Source: Thermoplasmatota archaeon (GTDB lineage: Archaea > Thermoplasmatota > E2 > DHVEG-1 > B18-G2). Taken from it: DNA of 61,338 nt. Numbering within the stretch: the stretch's first letter is position 1; every line of letters starts with the position of its first letter. The position numbers and the translations under genes were made by a program. The notes below the pieces were generated by a model. It was not told the origin of the DNA and searched no databases. It saw only the letters and a list, made by a program, of their open reading frames with translations. The DNA lies in assembly GCA_029259115.1 (NCBI GenBank), contig JAPDJO010000051.1, forward strand, positions 1 through 61,338, given 5' to 3'. Shown in pieces: positions 29,699-38,287 of the stretch.

Positions 29699-30639
29699 AG
29701 AATGATGTCTATGTTTAACCTCTCAGCCAATTCCTTGTATCTATTTCTTATTGTTACCTCTGTAACTCCAGCAACATCTGCAACCTCTCTTTGTGTCCTT
29801 CTTTCTCCGCACAAGATAGATGCTATGTAAATTGCTGCAGCAGCAACTCCTGTGGGTCCTCTTCCAGAGGTAAGCTCTTTGTCTGCAGCCTCTTTGAGTA
29901 TCTCCATAGCTTTGGCTTGAACATCACCACTAAGCTTGAGTTCACTGCAGAATCTCGATACGTAGTCCTGAGGAGATGTTGGTAGAAGTTTCAATCCAAG
30001 TTCTCTTGCTATAAAACGATAGGTTCTACCTATCTCTTTTCTTGATACTCTAGATGTTTCTGCTATCTCATCTAAAGTTCTAGGAACACCACATTGCCTA
30101 CACGCAGCGTAGAGAGCTGCAGCAGCAACTCCTTCGATACTTCTACCTCTTATCAAGTTCTTCAGAACAGCCTTTCTATATATCATTGCCGCGGTCTCTC
30201 TCACATTCCTGGGCAATCCCATAGCAGATGCCATTCTGTCTAACTCGGAAAGAGCTACAGCTAGGTTTCTCTCAGTAGCATTTGATACTCTTATCCTTCT
30301 CTGCCACTTTCTCAATCTGTAGAGCTGAGCTCTGCTCCTGGTTGGTATAGACTTTCCATACGAATCCTTATTCTTCCATCCGATTACTGTACTCAAACCT
30401 TTATCATGAATCGTATAAGTCAAAGGCGCACCTGTTCTCGCTCTTTTCTCTTTCTGCTCCGCATCGAATGCTCTCCATTCAGGCCCCATATCTATTATGT
30501 TCTCATCAATAACGAGACCACAATCCTCACAGACCAATTCTCCTCTAGAATAATCCCTCCTGAGGTTTGTACTGCCACATTCTGGGCATTTTGTTATTTC
30601 TTCTACTGTTGGCCTTTTCTTTTTCTTTAAATCTTCCAT
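29695..30639 (-). CDS. tfb: Transcription initiation factor IIB
   Basis: Zn ribbon CPECG...CEDCG, PEWRAF, HDKGLST, two cyclin repeats, [13 protein letters not shown]. Start moved to ATG 30639. Confidence 0.97.
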   Translation of the reverse strand: MEDLKKKKRPTVEEITKCPECGSTNLRRDYSRGELVCEDCGLVIDENIIDMGPEWRAFDAEQKEKRARTGAPLTYTIHDKGLSTVIGWKNKDSYGKSIPTRSRAQLYRLRKWQRRIRVSNATERNLAVALSELDRMASAMGLPRNVRETAAMIYRKAVLKNLIRGRSIEGVAAAALYAACRQCGVPRTLDEIAETSRVSRKEIGRTYRFIARELGLKLLPTSPQDYVSRFCSELKLSGDVQAKAMEILKEAADKELTSGRGPTGVAAAAIYIASILCGERRTQREVADVAGVTEVTIRNRYKELAERLNIDIIL

Positions 30640-30751
30640 CAGAAATCCCCCATATTGAAGTTTTAAATTTTTCGATATGCTTTTAAAACAAAATATGCAG
30701 GTCATATATAAACTTTTTGTTTGATTTCCAAGGAGAAACAATAATCTTTAT

Positions 30752-30901
30752 CTAAATTTCGAACTCTCTCCCGCATTTTGGGCATTTTGCAAAGCCACAA
30801 CTTTCTATTGGTGAGAAGGAACAACCTCTACAGGCAAATGTTCTCCCATAACTCAAATCGAATCTAAATCCGCAGAAGGGACACGTTAATATCTTACCCA
30901 T
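30752..30901 (-). CDS. Cys-rich microprotein (49 aa; zinc-finger or Fe-S binding)
   Basis: Not in ORF track. MGKILTCPFCGFRFDLSYGRTFACRGCSFSPIESCGFAKCPKCGREFEI: 7 Cys arranged CPxC/CxxC/C/CPxC; start overlaps the end of the DUF1858 gene. Confidence 0.8.
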   Translation of the reverse strand: MGKILTCPFCGFRFDLSYGRTFACRGCSFSPIESCGFAKCPKCGREFEI

Positions 30902-31094
30902 TTTTCTTTATCGCATCATTCAACCCCTTTAATAGGTTATCTATGTCAACCCCGTGGATTCTAGCTATATCTTCTATCCTTTCTAAACTCATCATAGGAC
31001 AGCCGAAGCAGGCTACTCCATACTTTGCCAATATCTCTGCTACGCCTGGATATTTCAAAGCCTCGGCTATAGTGGTGTCTTTTGTTATTTTCAT
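30894..31094 (-). CDS. DUF1858 domain protein (hybrid-cluster-associated CxxC domain)
   Basis: MKITKDTTIAEALKYP...YGVACFGCP...ERIEDIARIHGVD; RBS ggtga; start moved to ATG 31094. Confidence 0.88.
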   Translation of the reverse strand: MKITKDTTIAEALKYPGVAEILAKYGVACFGCPMMSLERIEDIARIHGVDIDNLLKGLNDAIKKNG

Positions 31095-31104
31095 GATATC
31101 ACCA

Positions 31105-31138
31105 TTAACGGCGTTAACTCTAAATAGAGATACTCTAT
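31105..31138. promoter_or_regulatory. Two short palindromes in divergent promoter region (candidate operators)
   Basis: TTAACG-G-CGTTAA (31105-31117) and ATAGAG-ATA-CTCTAT (31124-31138), between the DUF1858 gene and the HTH regulator. Confidence 0.4.
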
Positions 31139-31155
31139 ATAAGTTTTTGGTAAAC

Positions 31156-31455
31156 ATGAGTCTGCCATGCGAGTTTATAGCAAAATATGTTATACCTTCT
31201 CTTAGGAGGGAGATAGTGAGAATTTTATCAGAGGAATATGAAATGAGCAACAGAGAGATAGCTAGAACACTTGATTTGACAGATGCTGCCGTCTCTCAAT
31301 ACCTGTCTGATAAAAGAGGGAAGGCATTCGAACTAGACAAAAACGTTATGGCTATGGTAAAACAATCCGCTGAACGCATAGCGAGAAGAGAAACAACCAT
31401 AGATGAAGAGATTTGCAGAATATGTGAGGATATTAAAGAGAGGAGAAGTTTTTAA
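31156..31455 (+). CDS. HTH transcriptional regulator (COG2522-like) with Cys motifs
   Basis: MSLPCEFIAKYVIPSLR...SNREIARTLDLTDAAVSQYLSDKRG...ICRIC; start moved to ATG 31156. Confidence 0.88.
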   Translation: MSLPCEFIAKYVIPSLRREIVRILSEEYEMSNREIARTLDLTDAAVSQYLSDKRGKAFELDKNVMAMVKQSAERIARRETTIDEEICRICEDIKERRSF

Positions 31456-31503
31456 GAGATGGACAACATTTTTGCAAATTTTTGGAAAAATCTTTATAAT
31501 TGA

Positions 31504-31698
31504 CCCATAGAGGCAATCCCTGCTTTCATCCTCAGATTCATCACAAGCGGTTTTGTACATGAATTTGTACCAAGTGCAGGTCCTATTATGTTCATACTTG
31601 GACCTGTTACAAGTTATGGCACATTGCTGGTAATCCCAATTTATTTATGTCAAAGAAAAATAGTTATAATCGTAACATCCTTGGTATCTGGACATTGA
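31504..31698 (+). pseudogene. Probable remnant of a DUF318/ArsP-type permease gene
   Basis: Start-less frame PIEAIPAFILRFITSGFVHEFVPSAGPIMFILGPVTSYGTLLVIPIY...; FILGPVTSYGTLLV resembles the C-terminal motif of DUF318 permeases. Confidence 0.4.
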
Positions 31699-31725
31699 TA
31701 CTCTATGATAGTATGAGGTGTATGC

Positions 31726-32439
31726 ATGTTTCCAAAGAGATATGAGAGACAGATAATCATACCTGGTTTTGGAGAGAAGACACAAGAGAAATTATCAAGG
31801 GCAAGCGTTGTTATATTGGGATTAGGAGGACTAGGTTCGGTAGTCTCCACTTATCTCACTGCGGCTGGGATAGGCTACATGAGATTGATTGACAGAGATA
31901 AGGTAGAAGAAAGTAACTTAAACAGACAAATCCTGTATGATGAAAAAGACATAGGCGAATGGAAAGCAAAAATCGCAGAGAAGAAGTTAAAGAGTATGAA
32001 TAGCAGGATAGAAATAGAAGGTTTAAGGGAAGAGATCAACGATAGCAATATATACGATCTGATAGATGATGTTAATCTGGTTATAGACTGTCTAGATAAC
32101 TTTGAGACCCGATTTATAGTTAATAAAGCAGTAGTAGATCTAGAAAAACCCATGATTCATGGAGCATGCAGAGGTTTTTCTGGTCAGGTTACGACTATAA
32201 TACCAAGAAAAACGCCCTGTCTCAAGTGTGTATTTAGAGGAAACATATACGGTAAAGACAAATCGATAATTGGCACAACTGCCGGAGTAATAGGGCTGAT
32301 TGAGGCAACCGAAGCCATAAAGTATGTAACAAAGATAGGAAACCTTCTCGCAGGGACTATGCTGGTATACGATGCTAGAGACCTTGTATTCGAGAAGATA
32401 GAGATAGAAAGAGATCCTGAATGTGAGGTGTGCAGATGA
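31726..32439 (+). CDS. ThiF/MoeB/UbaA-family E1-like adenylyltransferase
   Basis: RYERQI, GLGGLGS, D.DKVEESNLNRQ, DCLDN, CLKC and CEVC zinc pairs. Confidence 0.93.
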   Translation: MFPKRYERQIIIPGFGEKTQEKLSRASVVILGLGGLGSVVSTYLTAAGIGYMRLIDRDKVEESNLNRQILYDEKDIGEWKAKIAEKKLKSMNSRIEIEGLREEINDSNIYDLIDDVNLVIDCLDNFETRFIVNKAVVDLEKPMIHGACRGFSGQVTTIIPRKTPCLKCVFRGNIYGKDKSIIGTTAGVIGLIEATEAIKYVTKIGNLLAGTMLVYDARDLVFEKIEIERDPECEVCR

Positions 32440-32681
32440 AGGTGAAGTTGAGATTCTATTCTGCACATAGAGAGATCGTAGGAACCGGAGAGATGGAAAT
32501 CGAGATAGAAGAGAAATCAACGATAAAGGATGTTATGAGAAAACTCATAGAAAGATATCCAAAACTAAGGGAGATAGAGAATACCACTCTATACTCTTTG
32601 AATCATAGATATGCAAAGGGAAATGAAGAACTCAAAGATGGAGATGAATTAGCGATATTTCCTCCAGTTGAGGGAGGATAG
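32436..32681 (+). CDS. MoaD/ThiS-family ubiquitin-like sulfur carrier (SAMP-like)
   Basis: Beta-grasp sequence ending LKDGDELAIFPPVEGG; ATGA overlap with the E1 gene. Confidence 0.93.
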   Translation: MKVKLRFYSAHREIVGTGEMEIEIEEKSTIKDVMRKLIERYPKLREIENTTLYSLNHRYAKGNEELKDGDELAIFPPVEGG

Positions 32682-32716
32682 AAACCAAGATTTATCTGTA
32701 TGTCTATTCCTATTCT

Positions 32717-32842
32717 ATGAACGGATACTGTCCTCTAATGAGCAGACAGGGAAATCTGGTTAAGTGTTTGGGTGTAAGATGTGAGTGGTTTGATGAGAAG
32801 CATAATCTTTGCTCGATAAAGGTAATAGCAATGAGAGAATGA
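32717..32842 (+). CDS. Cys-rich microprotein (41 aa)
   Basis: Not in ORF track. MNGYCPLMSRQGNLVKCLGVRCEWFDEKHNLCSIKVIAMRE; 4 Cys; TATA-like tttatc about 26 nt upstream; ATGA overlap with the radical SAM gene. Confidence 0.7.
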   Translation: MNGYCPLMSRQGNLVKCLGVRCEWFDEKHNLCSIKVIAMRE

Positions 32843-34533
32843 AGATCGCTATACTAGACTGCTACATAGATGAGCCGACATGCCTCGGAGTACCTCCATA
32901 CATAAGTCCATATCCAAGATACATAGCTGGTGCAATCTGGAGCGTTGATAAAAGTATAGATGTGAGATATTTAACTATAGATGATCTCAGGAAAGAAACA
33001 GAAAAATCGAAAACTATCGAAGAAGTTGAGATACTTGTAGTTATAGCTGGTATGATAGTGCCAGGGAAATATCTATCAACGTATCCAGCCCATCCCAAAG
33101 AAATAAGAAGATATCTCGAAAATTTGGCAAAACCAATAAAAATTCTGTGTGGTCCTGCTGCTGTATTTGGTTTTGGTGTAGGAGGAGGTAGTAGAACAAA
33201 AGAATTAGGAAAGTTATTTGATTTTGTCGTAAAAGGAGACCCAGAGATATTTATTAGAGATTTTCTTGAAGAAGAAAGCGTTGATCTTGATGCAAGGAGA
33301 GAAAGCGCTAGAGAGATCAGAGATTTTGCGATAAAGGGAGCAGCAATAGTAAAGCACCATCAGAACTATCCAGATTATCTGATCGCTGAGATAGAGACAT
33401 ACAGAGGATGCCCAAGATCCATATCTGGAGGTTGCTCATTCTGTGCAGAACCCTTGAAAGGCTTACCAGATTTTAGACTCGCCGAAGATATAGTCGAGGA
33501 GATTAGGGCATTATACGATAATGGAGTAAGACATTTCAGAATAGGAAATCAACCTTGTATATTCTCGTATAATGCCAAAGATGTAGGTAGAGAAGAATTC
33601 CCCAGACCAAATCCAGAGGCTGTAGAGAGACTATTTAGAGGAATAAGAAGAGTGGCACCAAACTTGAAAACCTTGCATATAGATAATGCAAATCCTGGAG
33701 TCATAGCCAGGTATCCAGAGGAGAGTAAGAAGATAGCAAAGATCATATGCAAGTATCACACGCCAGGCGATGTTGCTGCGTTTGGCGTAGAAAGCGCGGA
33801 TCCTAAGGTTATAAAAGAGAACAATCTTAAGGCTTATCCTGAAGATGTCATAAAGGCTGTCGAGATATTGAATGAGGTTGGAAGCAAAAGAGGATATAAT
33901 GGTTTACCCGAACTTTTGCCAGGATTGAATTTTGTATTCGGTCTTAAGGGAGAAAGTAAAGAAACGTTTGTTCATAACTTCAATCTGCTGAAAGAGATAT
34001 TGGACAGAGGACTGATGATTAGAAGGATAAATTTGAGACAGGTCATACCCCTGCCAGGAACAAGGATGTATGAGATTGGAGAAAAGATCATCAAAAAACA
34101 TAGAGAAATTTTCAAGAGATTCAAAAAGAAGGTTAGAGAGGAAATAGATAGAAAAATGCTGAAAAGAATCCTTCCTCTCGGAACAGTAATGAGAGATGTT
34201 TATACAGAGATGCACATTGGCAAGATCACATTTGCTAGACAATTAGGAAGTTATCCTATACTGGTTGGAATACCAGGGAAGTTAGATTTGAGGAAATTCA
34301 TGGATGTTAAGGTCATAGATTATGGTTACAGATCTGTAACCGCTATACCTTATCCAATAGAGATAAATAAAATCCCTATCGAGACTTTGGAGGCGATACC
34401 AGGGATAGGCAGGAAGAGAGCTTTGAGAATAGCGAGAGCTAGACCTATCTCTGGAAGAAAAGATCTGTTAAATATTTTGGATGATGAAAACATAGCAAGA
34501 AAATTAATGGATTTGGGAATATCTTTTAAATAA
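32839..34533 (+). CDS. Radical SAM enzyme with TRAM and helix-hairpin-helix domains (COG1031-like)
   Basis: DxYxDEPTCLGVPPYISPYPRY, ETYRGC-x7-CSFC, LHIDNANP, RRINLRQV, RQLGSYPILVG (TRAM), LEAIPGIGRKRA (HhH). Confidence 0.88.
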   Translation: MKIAILDCYIDEPTCLGVPPYISPYPRYIAGAIWSVDKSIDVRYLTIDDLRKETEKSKTIEEVEILVVIAGMIVPGKYLSTYPAHPKEIRRYLENLAKPIKILCGPAAVFGFGVGGGSRTKELGKLFDFVVKGDPEIFIRDFLEEESVDLDARRESAREIRDFAIKGAAIVKHHQNYPDYLIAEIETYRGCPRSISGGCSFCAEPLKGLPDFRLAEDIVEEIRALYDNGVRHFRIGNQPCIFSYNAKDVGREEFPRPNPEAVERLFRGIRRVAPNLKTLHIDNANPGVIARYPEESKKIAKIICKYHTPGDVAAFGVESADPKVIKENNLKAYPEDVIKAVEILNEVGSKRGYNGLPELLPGLNFVFGLKGESKETFVHNFNLLKEILDRGLMIRRINLRQVIPLPGTRMYEIGEKIIKKHREIFKRFKKKVREEIDRKMLKRILPLGTVMRDVYTEMHIGKITFARQLGSYPILVGIPGKLDLRKFMDVKVIDYGYRSVTAIPYPIEINKIPIETLEAIPGIGRKRALRIARARPISGRKDLLNILDDENIARKLMDLGISFK

Positions 34534-35076
34534 TCAGAGGAAACCAGATAAGATCTTTGGCAGTTTCTCTAAGTTTCTGTTCATCCTATGGTCATCTTCT
34601 ATGAATTTTACTATGGCTTCTTGAAACATGGCAAATCTCAATATCCAATCTTTTGGTATAAGCTCATCTCTCGTTGACATTACTATAAATATCTCGCAAG
34701 GTATTTTCCTTTCAAACAATCCAGAATTTTGTATATCCTTTACAATCTCCTCAGGAAAATCCGATCCAGACAGATCAACATCAGGAGGTATGACCGCTGG
34801 ATTGAGCAAAATTATCTTTCTCACATTCTTATTCTCTAAAGCAATCTTTGCAGATAAGAAACCACCAAATGATGAACCTATAAGCACGACCTTCGTATCC
34901 TTGTCTATAGATTCTTTTATCCTCTTTAAACAATCACTGACAACGACCTTATCTCCTTCCATGTATTTCAATGGAATAGCACCAAGTTTTTCCCTGAAAA
35001 GAACCCCCTTCCTGCTATTTGGGCTGGAATCATAGCCATGAATATAGTAGAGCATGAAATCAGGAATGGATTGCAC
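34534..35076 (-). CDS. YqiA/YcfP-family alpha/beta-fold esterase
   Basis: YIHGYDSSP, GSSFGG nucleophile elbow, LLNPA, DELIP, DDH. Confidence 0.88.
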   Translation of the reverse strand: MQSIPDFMLYYIHGYDSSPNSRKGVLFREKLGAIPLKYMEGDKVVVSDCLKRIKESIDKDTKVVLIGSSFGGFLSAKIALENKNVRKIILLNPAVIPPDVDLSGSDFPEEIVKDIQNSGLFERKIPCEIFIVMSTRDELIPKDWILRFAMFQEAIVKFIEDDHRMNRNLEKLPKILSGFL

Positions 35077-35455
35077 CTAAAATAACCCTTCTATTTCTAG
35101 GTCCGTCACCTTCGAAAAAGAATATCCTCTGCCAGGTCCCCAGTAAAAGTTTTCCATTTCTAACAGGCACAATTTTACTTTCTCCTAGGATTGCAGATTT
35201 TATGTGAGCATCGCTATTTCCTTCAGAGTGCCTATAACTCCCATTTCTAGGTATCAACTTTCTCATCATTTCCATCAAATCTCTGCCAACATCAGGATCA
35301 AAACCCTCGTTTATCACCAAACCAGCGGTTGTATGAGGTACATACATAACAATAAAACCATCTCTCAAACCCTCTTCCTCAACAAATCTTTCAACTTCTT
35401 TAGTTATATCAATTAGTTCCTCTCTAGATTTACTCCTCACTATCACCTCTTTCAT
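35060..35455 (-). CDS. yjbQ: YjbQ/UPF0047 family protein
   Basis: PHTTAG..INE..DP, HSEGNSDAHIK, LGTWQRIFF.E.DGPR. Confidence 0.93.
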   Translation of the reverse strand: MKEVIVRSKSREELIDITKEVERFVEEEGLRDGFIVMYVPHTTAGLVINEGFDPDVGRDLMEMMRKLIPRNGSYRHSEGNSDAHIKSAILGESKIVPVRNGKLLLGTWQRIFFFEGDGPRNRRVILGAIHS

Positions 35456-35513
35456 GAAACCCAGATACGCATCAATCTTTTAAATCGAATCCCATTCCAA
35501 AATGGGGATTGGA

Positions 35514-36077
35514 ATGAAGAGAGCAGTCGTGATCCTAGCAAATGGCTTCGAAGAAATTGAAGCACTTAGTGTTGTAGACATACTCAGAAGAAGTAATATA
35601 CAAACTGACATAGCAGGAACAGAGAAGAATTTTGTTGAAAGCTCTCACGGAATAAAAGTCATACCTGACAAATACCTAGATGAAATAAACGTAGATGATT
35701 ACGATGCTATAATACTACCAGGCGGATCTCCAGGGTATATAAACCTAAAGAACAACAAAAAAGTTCTAGACCTCATAAGATTGGCAAATGAGAAAGGAAA
35801 ATTAATAGCTGCAATATGTGCAGCCCCAACAGTTCTGGCGCATGCAGGAATTCTAAAAGGGAAAAAGGCGACAGTATATCCTGGAATGGAAGATCAGATA
35901 AAAGATTCTGGTGCAGAGTTTTTGGATGATCTAGTTGTAGTGGATGGAAACATAGTTACAAGTAGAGGACCATCTACCGCTCTGTTGTTTGGCTGGAAGC
36001 TTTCTGAGATCCTAGCTGGCAAAGCTACAGCTGATGAGGTAGCTAAGAGAATGCTTAGAGATCTAGTCTTCGGTTAA
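35514..36077 (+). CDS. DJ-1/PfpI (YajL/ThiJ-like) glyoxalase/deglycase
   Basis: GFEEIEA, ILPGG, AAICAAP catalytic Cys, VTSRGP. Confidence 0.92.
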   Translation: MKRAVVILANGFEEIEALSVVDILRRSNIQTDIAGTEKNFVESSHGIKVIPDKYLDEINVDDYDAIILPGGSPGYINLKNNKKVLDLIRLANEKGKLIAAICAAPTVLAHAGILKGKKATVYPGMEDQIKDSGAEFLDDLVVVDGNIVTSRGPSTALLFGWKLSEILAGKATADEVAKRMLRDLVFG

Positions 36078-36398
36078 TTCTTCTAGTTTTTCCAATCTCT
36101 CTAACACCTTACTCCAAGGCTTTATGAATAAAGTGCTTTCATCTGCACAACTTACTAGATCTAGTTCAACCGTTTCCTCTCCCTTCTTGGCTGATATTTT
36201 CAGATCTCTACTTTCTACATCCCATCCCCTCTCCTTTGCAAAATCCTGTACAATTTTGAAATATTCGCTTTCTACCATTTTAGTCTTTACTTCTTCTAGA
36301 TCTATTTCTCTCCTTTCGAGGTTTAGATCGGTAACATCTTCCCAGAAATCGTTCCTGAACTTTCTGAAGCTATCTTTTATTTCTTCGATATCTACCAT
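36063..36398 (-). CDS. Hypothetical protein (acidic, 111 aa)
   Basis: ORF with RBS-like ggtgagg upstream and native codon style; no family recognised. Confidence 0.65.
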   Translation of the reverse strand: MVDIEEIKDSFRKFRNDFWEDVTDLNLERREIDLEEVKTKMVESEYFKIVQDFAKERGWDVESRDLKISAKKGEETVELDLVSCADESTLFIKPWSKVLERLEKLEELTED

Positions 36399-36492
36399 CC
36401 CTCCTCACCACTCCACTTTAACATCGAGATTTCTGTATATAAAATTTGCAGAATTACGACTCACGAAAAGTTTAATATAAAACTTTTTCAAG

Positions 36493-37227
36493 TCAATGGA
36501 TATATAGCCCGCCATTCACATTAATAACCTCTCCAGTCACGTAGCTAGAAAGATCTGATGCTAGGAATAGACAAGCATTTGCAACATCTTCTGGCTTCCC
36601 CAATCTTCGAAGAGGAATCTCTGATATCCTCTTTTCTCTCATTTCTTGACTATAGTTCGATATGATGTCCGTATCTATAGTGCCAGGAGCAACTGCATTC
36701 ACCCTTATTCTTGGAGCCAATTCCAAAGCTAAACTTCTCATCAATCCAAGCATCCCAGCTTTGCTAGCTGCGTAATCTGCGCCGTGTTTACTTCCTTTGA
36801 ATGCGAGCTGAGAAGATATGAAGATTATACTTCCTCCATTACCTATATATGGTATAGCAAATCTGAGAACATGATAGCAGCTGGAGAGGTTAGTTGATAT
36901 TACTCTATCCCATCTTTCCTCATCTATTTCTAAGAAACTTCCTCTCTCGTATATCCCAGCATTCAAAACCAAGATGTCTATGGATTTTCTTTCATCTATA
37001 AATCTCTCGACAACTTCTTTACAATCTTTAGACGAGGACACATCACCTTTCAATAAAATTCCATCTCCTCCTCTATCTCTTATAATCTTCAAAACATCTC
37101 TAGCTTTATCCTCACTTTTGTTATAGTTTATGCCAACAAAAGCTCCATTCTCTGCAAACTTGATAGCTATCGCTCTTCCTATTCCTCTAGATGCGCCAGT
37201 AATAAGAGCATTTTTACCAGAGAGCAT
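36493..37227 (-). CDS. fabG: SDR oxidoreductase, FabG-like
   Basis: TGASRGIG, LNAG, YAASK, VNAVAPG, GEVINVNGG. Confidence 0.85.
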   Translation of the reverse strand: MLSGKNALITGASRGIGRAIAIKFAENGAFVGINYNKSEDKARDVLKIIRDRGGDGILLKGDVSSSKDCKEVVERFIDERKSIDILVLNAGIYERGSFLEIDEERWDRVISTNLSSCYHVLRFAIPYIGNGGSIIFISSQLAFKGSKHGADYAASKAGMLGLMRSLALELAPRIRVNAVAPGTIDTDIISNYSQEMREKRISEIPLRRLGKPEDVANACLFLASDLSSYVTGEVINVNGGLYIH

Positions 37228-37291
37228 AGTAATAAATATGGGTTAAAGATTTAAAGGGTAACTCTATTCCATTTAGCCCAAGAGTGGTAAA

Positions 37292-37879
37292 ATGTCTAGA
37301 TCTCTATACCAATACATAGCGGAGCAGTGGAAGAAACCAGATAGAAGCTTCAATTCACCTTACAAGCAGAGACTAATCCAGTGGAGAAAAGAAGAGAGTA
37401 TAGTTAGAGTAGAAAAACCCTTGAGATTAGACAGGGCAAGAGCATTGGGTTACAAGGCAAAGCAAGGATTCGTGATAGTAAGAGTAAGAGTGCGACGCGG
37501 AGCCAGAAGAAAGCCAGCAATCAGAGGAGGAAGAAAACCATCAAAGATGGGTTTAGTTAAGATAACGCCGGGTAAAAGTTTACAGAGGATAGCAGAGGAA
37601 AGAGCCGCAAGAAAATATCCAAACTTAGAGGTGTTGAATTCTTACTGGGTTGGAGAGGATGGTACTCATAAATACTATGAGATCATACTTGTAGATCCTC
37701 ATCATCCTGCTATAAAAAACGATCCAAAAATAAACTGGATATGCAGACCAGCAAACAAGGGCAGAGCTTTTAGAGGCCTAACATCTGCTGGAAAGAAAGG
37801 AAGAGGCCTCAGAAACAAGGGTAAAGGAGCAGAAAAGGTAAGACCCAGTATAAGAGCACACGGAAGAAGAGGCAAGTAA
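37292..37879 (+). CDS. rpl15e: 50S ribosomal protein L15e
   Basis: [46 protein letters not shown]. Confidence 0.97.
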   Translation: MSRSLYQYIAEQWKKPDRSFNSPYKQRLIQWRKEESIVRVEKPLRLDRARALGYKAKQGFVIVRVRVRRGARRKPAIRGGRKPSKMGLVKITPGKSLQRIAEERAARKYPNLEVLNSYWVGEDGTHKYYEIILVDPHHPAIKNDPKINWICRPANKGRAFRGLTSAGKKGRGLRNKGKGAEKVRPSIRAHGRRGK

Positions 37880-38287
37880 TCATCTTACAATCATAACTGG
37901 CTTATGGGCATGAGTTACAACTTTTTCTGCGACACTCCCTAGAACGTCTGGCCTTATCTCACTCTGTCCTTTCCTTCCTAAAATTATCAAGTCACAATTC
38001 AATCTATTCGCTACCTCTATAATCTTGTCTGCTGCATCTCCTTTCTCTACGATACCCCTTATACCGAAACTTTTCTCGCCTATTTCCTCTATCTTCCTCT
38101 TGATCATCTCATTGGCTTTCAATTTCACCATCTTGTAAGCATTACTATCAACAAAACTCTTCTCTTCCCTACTAGGAATAACGGCAAGCAAGATAAGTTC
38201 ACCATCTTCTTCAATAAGTTCCAAAGCCCTATTCAAAGCCTTTTCGGCTCCATCAGATCCATCATAACCTACCAATATCCTTTTCAT
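37880..38287 (-). CDS. Universal stress protein (UspA family)
   Basis: RILVGYDGS, DLIILGRKG, LGSVAEKVV..A.KPVMIV. Confidence 0.92.
   Translation of the reverse strand: MKRILVGYDGSDGAEKALNRALELIEEDGELILLAVIPSREEKSFVDSNAYKMVKLKANEMIKRKIEEIGEKSFGIRGIVEKGDAADKIIEVANRLNCDLIILGRKGQSEIRPDVLGSVAEKVVTHAHKPVMIVR

Noticed and set aside
30943-31250. Apparent long overlapping divergent ORFs (30894-31250 minus; 30943-31455 plus)
   Set aside because: Artefact of upstream start choice; family-consistent starts are 31094 and 31156, leaving a normal divergent promoter.
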